A stretch of 64,000 nucleotides of DNA. Source: Eledone cirrhosa (taxonomy: Eukaryota). The DNA lies in assembly GCA_964016885.1 (NCBI GenBank), contig OZ024741.1, positions 408,394,001 to 408,458,000 of the forward strand, given 5' to 3'. Under the pieces are notes generated by a model that was given only the letters and a program-made list of their open reading frames with translations, was not told where the DNA came from and did no database searches. Of the stretch, positions 55,021 to 64,000 are shown piece by piece (the first letter of the stretch is position 1; each line of letters begins with the position of its first letter). Made by a program: the position numbers and the translations under genes.

Positions 55021-58000
55021 GTAAGGTGAGGCTAAGGTGCTGACACAACCAGGTAACCTCATCTGACACCTCAGTAAGGTGAGGCTAAGCTGCTGACACA
55101 ACCAGGTAACCTCATCTGACACCTCAGTAAGGTGAGGCTAAGTAGCTGACACAACCAGGTAACCTCACCTGACACCTTAGTAAGGTGAGGCTAAGGCGCT
55201 GACACAACCAGGTAACATCATCTGACACCTCAGTAAGGTGAGGCTAAGGTGCTGACACAACCATGTAACCTCATGAGACACCTCAGTAAGGTGAGGCTAA
55301 GGTGCTGTCACAACCAGGTAACCTCATCTGACATATCAGTAAGGTGAGGCTAAGGTGCTGACACAACCAGGTAACCTCACCTGACACCTCAGTAAGGTGA
55401 GGCTAAGGTGCTGATACAACCAGGTAACCTCACCTGACACCTTAGTAGGGTTAGGCTAAGGTGCTGAGACAACCAGGTAACCTCACCTGACACCTCAATA
55501 GGGTGAGTCTAAGGTGCTGATACAACCAGGTAACCTCATCTGACACCTTAGTAGGGTGAGTCTAAGGTGCTGACACAACCAGGTAACCTCATCTGACACC
55601 TCAGTAAGGTGAGGCTAAGGTGTTGACACAACCAAGTAACCTCACCTGACACCTTAGTATAGTGAGGCTAATGTGCTGACACAACCAGGTAACCTCACAT
55701 GTCACCTCAGTAGGGTGAGGCTAAGGTGCTGACACATCAGGTAACCTCACCTGACACCTCATTAAGGTGAGGCTAATGTGCTGACACAACCAGGTAACAC
55801 CACATACACCTCAGTAAGGTGAGGCTAAGGTGCTGACACAACCAGGTAACCTCACCTGACACCCCAGTAAGGCGAGGCTAAGGTGCTGACACAACCAGGT
55901 AACATCATCTGACACCTCTGTAAGGTGAGGCTAAGGTACTGACACAACCAGGTAACCTCACCTGACACCTTAGTCGGGTGAGGCTAAGATTCTGACACAA
56001 CCAGATAACCTCACCTGACACCTTAGTAGGGTGAGGCTAAGGTGCTGACCTGACACAACCAGGTAACCTCACATGTCACCTCAGTAGGGTGAGGCTAAGG
56101 TGCTGACACATCAGGTAACCTCACCTGACACCTCATTAAGGTGAGGCTAATGTGCTGACACAACCAGGTAACACCACATACACCTCAGTAAGGTGAGGCT
56201 AAGGTGCTGACACAACCAGGTAACCTCACCTGACACCTTAGTAAGTGAGGCTAAGGTGACACAACCAGGTAACCTCACCTGACACCTCAGTAAGGTGAGG
56301 CTAAGGTGCTGACACAACCAGGTAACCTCACCTGACACCCCAGTAAGGCGAGGCTAAGGTGCTGACACAACCAGGTAACATCATCTGACACCTCTGTAAG
56401 GTGAGGCTAAGGTACTGACACAACCAGGTAACCTCACCTGACACCTTAGTCGGGTGAGGCTAAGATGCTGATACAACCATGTAACCTCATCTGACACCTT
56501 AGTAGGGTGAGGCTAAGGTGCTGACACAACCAGGTAACCTCACCTGACACCTCAGTAAGGTGAGTCTAAGGTGCAGATACAACCAGATAACCTCACCTGA
56601 CACCTTAGTAGGGTGAGGCTAAGGTGCTGACACAACCAGGTAACCTCACCTTACACCTCATTAAGGTGAGGCTAAGGTGCTGACACAACCAGGTAACCTC
56701 AGCTGACACCTCAGTAAGGTGAGGCTAAGTTGCTGACACAACCAGGTAACCTCAACTGACACCTTAGTAGAGTGAGGCTAAGGTGCAGACACAACCAGAT
56801 AACCTCACCTGACACCTTAGTAGGGTGAGTCTAAGGTGCTGACACAACCAGGTAACATCACCTGACACCTTAGTAGGGTTAGGCTAAGTTGCTGAGACAA
56901 CCAGGTAACCTCACCTCACGCCTCAATAGGGTGAGTCTAATGTGCTGACACAACCAGGTAACCTCACCTGACACCCCAGTAAGGCGAGGCTAAGGTGCTG
57001 ACACAACCAGGTAACCTCACCTGACACCCCAGTAAGGCGAGGCTAAGGTGCTGACACAACCAGGTAACCTCACCTGACACCTCAGTAAGGCGAGGCTAAG
57101 GTGCTGACACAACCAGGTAACATCATCTGACAACTCAGTAAGGTGAGGCTAAGGTGCTGACACAACCAGGTATCCTCATCTGACACCTTAGTAAGGTGAG
57201 GCTAAGGTGACACAACCAGGTAACCTCACCTGACACCTTAGTAAGGCGAGGCTAAGGTGCTGACACAACCAGGTAACCTCACCTGACACCTCAGTAAGGC
57301 GAGGCTAAGGTGCTGACACAACCAGGTAACCTCACCTAACACTCTAGTAAAGTGAGGCTAAGGTGCTGACACAACCAGTTAACCCCACATACACCTCAGT
57401 AAGGTGAGGCTAAGGTGCTGACACAACCAGGTAACCTCACCTGACACCTTAGTAGGGTGAGGCTAAGGTGACACAACCAGGTACCCTCACCTGACACCTC
57501 AGTAAGGTGAGGCTAATGTGCTGACACAACCATGTAACCTCATCTGACAAGACAGGAAGGTGAGGCTAAGGTTTCTTACACAACCAGGTAACCTCACCTG
57601 ACACCTCAGTAAAGTGAGGCTAAGCTGCTGACACAACCAGGTATCCTCACCATACACATCAGCAAAGTGAGGCTAAGTTGCTGACACAACCAGGTAACAT
57701 CATCTGACACCTCAGTAAGGTGAGTCTAAGGTGCTGAGACAACCAGGCACCCTGACCTGACACCTCAGTAGGGTGAGGCTAAGGTGCTGACACAAACAGG
57801 TAACCTGACCTGACACCTCAGTAAGGTGAGGCTAAGGTGCTGACACAACCAGGTAACCTCATCTGACACCTTAGTAGGGTGAGGCTAAGGTGCTGACACA
57901 ACCAGGTAACCTCATCTGACACCTCAGTAAGGTGAGGCTAAGGTGCTGACACAACCAGGTAACCTCATCTGACACCTCAGTAAGGTGAGGCTAAGCTGCT

Positions 58001-58849
58001 GACACAACCAGGTAACCTCATCTGACACCTCAGTAAGGTGAGGCTAAGTAGCTGACACAACCAGGTAACCTCACCTGACACCTTAGTAAGGTGAGGCTAA
58101 GGCGCTGACACAACCAGGTAACATCATCTGACACCTCAGTAAGGTGAGGCTAAGGTGCTGACACAACCAGGTCACCTCACCTGACACCTTAGTAAGGTGA
58201 GGCTAAGGTGCTGACACAACCAGGTAACCTCACCTGATACCTAAGTGAGGTGAAGCTAATGTGCTGACACAACCAGGTAACCTCACCTGACACCTCAGTA
58301 GGTGAGGCTAAGGTGCTGACACAACCAGGTAACCTCACCTGACACCTCGGTAAGGTGAGGCTAAGGTGCTGACACAACCAGGTAACCTCACCTGACACCC
58401 CAGTAAGGCGAGGCTAAGGTGCTGAAACAACCAGGTAACATCATCTGACACCTCTGTAAGGTGAGGCTAAGGTACTGACACAACCAGGTAACCTCACCTG
58501 ACACCTTAGTCGGGTGAGGCTAAGATGCTGATACAACCATGTAACCTCATCTGACACCTTAGTAGGGTGAGGCTAAGGTGCTGACACAACCAGGTAACCT
58601 CACCTGACACGTCAGTACGTTAAGGCTAAGGTGCTGACACAACCAGGTAACCTCACCTGACACCTCAGTAAGGTGAGGCTAAGGTGCTGACACAACCAGG
58701 TAACCTAATCTGACACCTTAGTAGGGTGAGGCTAAGGTGCTGACACAACCAGGTAACCTCACCTGACACCTAAGTAAGGTGAGGCTAAGGTGCTGACACA
58801 ACCAGGTAACCTCACCTGACACCTTAGTAAGGTGAGGCTAAGGTGACAC

Positions 58850-61800
58850 AACCAGGTAACCTCACCTGACACCTCAGTAAGGTGAGGCTAAGGTGCTGAC
58901 ACAACCAGGTAACCTCACCTGACACCTCAGTAAGGTGAGGCTAAGGTGCTGACACAACCAGGTAACCTCACCTGACACCTCAGCAAGGTGAGGCTAAGGT
59001 GCTGACACAACCAGGTAACCTCACCTGACACCTCAGTAAGGTGAGGCTAAGGTCCTGACACAACCAGGTAACCTCATGAGACACCTCAGTAAGGTGAGGC
59101 TAAGGTGCTGTCACAACCAGGTAACCTCATCTGACATATCAGTAAGGTGAGGCTAAGGTGCTGACACAACCAGGTAACCTCACCTGACACCTCAGTAAGG
59201 TGAGGCTAAGGTGCTGATACAACCAGGTAACCTCACCTGACATCTTAGTAGGGTTAGGCTAAGGTGCTGAGACAACCAGGTAACCTCACCTGACACCTCA
59301 ATAGGGTGAGTCTAAGGTGCTGATACAACCAGGTAACCTCATCTGACACCTTAGTAGGGTGAGTCTAAGGTGCTGACACAACCAGGTAACCTCATCTGAC
59401 ACCTCCGTAAGGTGAGGCTAAGGTGTTGACACAACCAAGTAACCTCACCTGACACCTTAGTATAGTGAGGCTAATGTGCTGACACAACCAGGTAACCTCA
59501 CATGTCACCTCAGTAGGGTGAGGCTAAGGTGCTGACACATCAGGTAACCTCACCTGACACCTCATTAAGGTGAGGCTAATGTGCTGACACAACCAGGTAA
59601 CACCACATACACATCAGTAAGGTGAGGCTAAGGTGCTGACACAACCAGGTAACCTCACCTGACACCTTAGTCGGGTGAGGCTAAGATTCTGACACAACCA
59701 GATAACCTCACCTGACACCTTAGTAGGGTGAGGCTAAGGTGCTGACCTGACACAACCAGGTAACCTCACATGTCACCTCAGTAGGGTGAGGCTAAGGTGC
59801 TGACACATCAGGTAACCTCACCTGACACCTCATTAAGGTGAGGCTAATGTGCTGACACAACCAGGTAACACCACATACACCTCATTAAGGTGAGGCTAAG
59901 GTGCTGACACAACCAGGTAACCTCAGCTGACACCTCAGTAAGGTGAGGCTAAGTTGCTGACACAACCAGGTAACCTCAACTGACACCTTAGTAGAGTGAG
60001 GCTAAGGTGCAGACACAACCAGATAACCTCACCTGACACCTTATTAGGGTGAGTCTAAGGTGCTGACACAACCAGATAACCTCACCTGACACCTTAGTAA
60101 GGTGAGGCTAAGGTGCTGACACAACCAGGTAACCTCACCTGACACCTTAGTAAGGTGAGGCTAAGGTGACACAACCAGGTAACCTCACCTGACACCTCAG
60201 TAAGGTGAGGCTAAGGTGCTGACACAACCAGGTAACCTCACCTGACACCCCAGTAAGGCGAGGCTAAGGTGCTGACACAACCAGGTAACATCATCTGACA
60301 CATCTGTAAGGTGAGGCTAAGGTACTGACACAACTAGGTAACCTCACCTGACACCTTAGTCGGGTGAGGCTAAGATGCTGATACAACCATGTAACCTCAT
60401 CTGACACCTGAGTAGGGTGAGGCTAAGGTGCTGACACAACCAGGTAACCTCACCTGACACCTCAGTAAGGTGAGTCTAAGGTGCAGATACAACCAGATAA
60501 CCTCACCTGACACCTTAGTAGGGTGAGGCTAAGGTGCTGACACAAACAGGTAACCTCACCTTACACCTCATTAAGGTGAGGCTAAGGTGCTGACACAACC
60601 AGGTAACCTCAGCTGACACCTCAGTAAGGTGAGGCTAAGTTGCTGACACAACCAGGTAACCTCAACTGACACCTTAGTAGAGTGAGGCTAAGGTGCAGAC
60701 ACAACCAGATAACCTCACCTGACACCTTAGTAGGGTGAGTCTAAGGTGCTGACACAACCAGGTAACATCACCTGACACCTTAGTAGGGTTAGGCTAAGTT
60801 GCTGAGACAACCAGGTAACCTCACCTCACACCTCAATAGGGTGAGTCTAATGTGCTGACACAACCAGGTAACCTCACCTGACACCCCAGTAAGGCGAGGC
60901 TAAGGTGCTGACACAACCAGGTAACCTCACCTGACACCCCAGTAAGGCGAGGCTAAGGTGCTGACAGAACCAGGTAACCTCACCTGACACCTCAGTAGGG
61001 TGAGACTAAGGTGCTGACACAACAGGGTAACCTCAACTGACACCTCAGTAAGGCGAGGCTAAGGTGCTGACACAACCAGGTAACATCATGTGACAACTCA
61101 GTAAGGTGAGGCTAAGGTTCTGACACAACCAGGTAACCTCATCTGACACCTTAGTAAGGTGAGGCTAAGGTGACACAACCAGGTAACCTCACCTGACACC
61201 TTAGTAAGGCGAGGCTAAGGTGCTGACACAACCAGGTAACCTCACCTGACACCTCAGTAAGGCGAGGCTAAGGTGCTGACACAACCAGGTAACCTCACCT
61301 AACACTCTAGTAAAGTGAGGCTAAGGTGCTGACACAACCAGGTAACCCCACATACACCTCAGTAAGGTGAGGCTAAGGTGCTGACACAACCAGGTAACCT
61401 CACCTGACACCTTAGTAGGGTGAGGCTAAGGTGACACAACCAGGTACCCTCACCTGACACCTCAGTAAGGTGAGGCTAAGGTGCTGACACAACCATGTAA
61501 CCTCATCTGACAAGACAGGAAGGTGAGGCTAAGGTTTCTTACACAACCAGGTAACCTCACCTGACACCTCAGTAAAGTGAGGCTAAGCTGCTGACACAAC
61601 CAGGTATCCTCACCATACACATCAGCAAAGTGAGGCTAAGTTGCTGACACAACCAGGTAACATCATCTGACACCTCAGTAAGGTGAGTCTAAGGTGCTGA
61701 GACAACCAGGCACCCTGACCTGACACCTCAGTAGGGTGAGGCTAAGGTGCTGACACAAACAGGTAACCTGACCTGACACCTTAGTAAGGTGAGGCTAAGG

Positions 61801-64000
61801 TGCTGACACAACCAGGTAACCTCACCTGACACCTCAGTAAGGTGAGGCTAAGGTGCTGACACAACCAGGTAACCTCACCTGACACCTCAGTAAGGTGAGG
61901 CTAAGGTCCTGACACAACCAGGTAACCTCACCTGACACCTCAGTAAGGTGAGGCTAAGGTGCTGAGACAACCAGGTAACATCACCTGACACCCCAGTAAG
62001 GTGAGGCTAAGGTGCTGACACAACCAGGCAACCTCACCTGACACCTCAGTAAGGTGAGGCTAAGGTGCTGACACAACCAGGTAACCTCACCTGACATCTT
62101 AGTAGGGTGAGGCTAAGGTGCTGACACAACCAGATAACCTCATCTGACACCTTAGTAGGGTGAGGCTAAGGTGCTGACACAACCAGGTAACCTCACCTGA
62201 CACCTCATTAAGGTGAGGCTAAGGTGCTGACACAACCAGGTAACCTCATCTGACACCTCAGTAAGGTGAGGCTAAGGTGCTGAGACAACCAGGCACCATC
62301 ACCTGACACCTCAGTAGGGTGAGGCTAAGGTGCTGACACAACCAGGTAACCTCACCTGACACCTCAGTAAGGTGAGGCTAAGGTGCTGAGACAACCAGGT
62401 AACCTCACCTGACACCTTAGTAGGGTTAGGCTAAGGTGCTGAGACAACCAGGTAACCTCACCTGACACCTCAGTAAGGTGAGGCTAAGGTGCTGACACAA
62501 CCAGGTAACCTCACCTGACACCTCAGTAAGGTGAGGCTAAGGTGCTGACACAACCAGGTAACCTCACCTGACACCTCAGCAAGGTGAGGCTAAGGTGCTG
62601 ACACAACCAGGTAACCTCACCTGACACCTCAGTAAGGTGAGGCTAAGGTCCTGACACAACCAGGTAACCTCATGAGACACCTCAGTAAGGTGAGGCTAAG
62701 GTGCTGTCACAACCAGGTAACCTCATCTGACATATCAGTAAGGTGAGGCTAAGGTGCTGACACAACCAGGTAACCTCACCTGACACCTCAGTAAGGTGAG
62801 GCTAAGGTGCTGATACAGCCAGGTAACCTCACCTGACACCTTAGTAGGGTTAGGCTAAGGTGCTGAGACAACCAGGTAACCTCACCTGACACCTCAATAG
62901 GGTGAGTCTAAGGTGCTGATACAACCAGGTAACCTCATCTGACACCTTAGTAGGGTGAGTCTAAGGTGCTGACACAACCAGGTAACCTCATCTGACACCT
63001 CCGTAAGGTGAGGCTAAGGTGTTGACACAACCAAGTAACCTCACCTGACACCTTAGTATAGTGAGGCTAATGTGCTGACACAACCAGGTAACCTCACATG
63101 TCACCTCAGTAGGGTGAGGCTAAGGTGCTGACACATCAGGTAACCTCACCTGACACCTCATTAAGGTGAGGCTAATGTGCTGACACAACCAGGTAACACC
63201 ACATACACCTCAGTAAGGTGAGGCTAAGGTGCTGACACAACCAGGTAACCTCACCTGACACCTTAGTCGGGTGAGGCTAAGATTCTGACACAACCAGATA
63301 ACCTCACCTGACACCTTAGTAGGGTGAGGCTAAGGTGCTGACCTGACACAACCAGGTAACCTCACATGTCACCTCAGTAGGGTGAGGCTAAGGTGCTGAC
63401 ACATCAGGTAACCTCACCTGACACCTCATTAAGGTGAGGCTAATGTGCTGACACAACCAGGTAACACCACATACACCTCATTAAGGTGAGGCTAAGGTGC
63501 TGACACAACCAGGTAACCTCAGCTGACACCTCAGTAAGGTGAGGCTAAGTTGCTGACACAACCAGGTAACCTCAACTGACACCTTAGTAGAGTGAGGCTA
63601 AGGTGCAGACACAACCAGATAACCTCACCTGACACCTTATTAGGGTGAGTCTAAGGTGCTGACACAACCAGATAACCTCACCTGACACCTTAGTAAGGTG
63701 AGGCTAAGGTGCTGACACAACCAGGTAACCTCACCTGACACCTTAGTAAGGTGAGGCTAAGGTGACACAACCAGGTAACCTCACCTGACACCTCAGTAAG
63801 GTGAGGCTAAGGTGCTGACACAACCAGGTAACCTCACCTGACACCCCAGTAAGGCGAGGCTAAGGTGCTGACACAACCAGGTAACATCATCTGACACATC
63901 TGTAAGGTGAGGCTAAGGTACTGACACAACCAGGAAACCTCACCTGACACCTTAGTCGGGTGAGGCTAAGATGCTGATACAACCATGTAACCTCATCTGA
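58850..64000. repeat. Tandem duplication of a 68-monomer (3,596-bp) unit, second copy cut by window end; older related copy at about 55,250-57,850
   Basis: cagcaagg 58981/62577, catgagac 59075/62671, gctgacctgacac 59741/63337 (all offset 3596). Same markers at about 55272 and 56044; gacaagacaggaagg...tttcttac at 57546/61509. Confidence 0.9.

Larger units (their letters stand above)
1..64000. repeat. Tandem satellite array, 53-bp monomer, about 1,200 head-to-tail copies, truncated by both window edges
   Basis: Positions 1-53 (aaggtgctgacacaaccaggtaacctcacctgacacctcagtaaggtgaggct) recur at 54, 107, 160 and onward to the window end, typically with 0-4 differences per copy and occasional 1-5 bp indels. 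No non-repeat sequence seen. 64000/53 is about 1,208. Confidence 0.99.

Noticed and set aside
8400-58398. Eight 63-78 aa minus-strand ORFs with Cys/His-containing repeats (WLCQHLSLTLLRCQ)
   Set aside because: They are translations of the satellite. 53 is not a multiple of 3, so frames rotate and stop within a few monomers; slightly longer ORFs arise where an indel or substitution skips a stop. Starts are GTG within the repeat, and Cys/His spacing does not fit a C2H2 zinc finger.
1-64000. Giant repetitive protein gene on the plus strand
   Set aside because: Each consensus monomer has stops in all three frames (TGA at 8, TAA at 21, TGA at 31, plus more).
1-64000. CRISPR array (regular period, palindromic repeat)
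   Set aside because: No unique spacers: the whole 53 bp is repeated. No leader or cas genes are present.
1-64000. Telomeric repeat or G-quadruplex array (tagggttagg variants, GG doublets)
   Set aside because: TTAGG/TAGGG-like words are isolated variants, not tandem telomere units; the consensus lacks GGG runs needed for a canonical G4.
1-64000. Tandem tRNA, 5S, snRNA or spliced-leader gene array
   Set aside because: The unit is too short, with no cloverleaf, no recognisable A/B boxes, no oligo-T terminator and no Sm-site-like U-run.
1-64000. Synthetic concatemer or rolling-circle sequencing artefact
   Set aside because: Variants are shared in ordered, hierarchical blocks at many offsets, as expected from evolutionary duplication rather than random error. 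Local mis-assembly of individual duplications cannot be excluded without reads.
1-64000. Variant pattern as a programmed code or recombinase-site (attC/iteron-like) cassette system
   Set aside because: No cargo between repeats and no recombinase or replication gene in view; ordinary mutation plus nested duplication explains the pattern.

Overview
The whole 64-kb window is one uninterrupted, head-to-tail tandem array (satellite DNA) of a 53-bp monomer, consensus AAGGTGCTGACACAACCAGGTAACCTCACCTGACACCTCAGTAAGGTGAGGCT (28/53 G+C, no CpG, no ATG), about 1,200 copies, running off both ends. I found no credible genes, RNA genes, transposon insertions, inversions or CRISPR spacers; the eight minus-strand ORFs are chance read-throughs of the repeat. 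I cannot name the family or host; a eukaryotic heterochromatic or (peri)centromeric satellite is the most plausible context (inference). The information lies at two scales. (1) The monomer is 5 helical turns long, holds two overlapping, mutually exclusive inverted repeats, and is packed with CACCT/AGGTG and splice-donor-like words. (2) Diagnostic variants reveal nested higher-order repeats (HORs), including three near-identical tandem duplications of 70, 65 and 68 monomers in different variant domains. All alignments were made by eye from marker variants, so block boundaries are approximate (about one monomer). Functional ideas are hypotheses only; I cannot claim a new biological system from this sequence alone.
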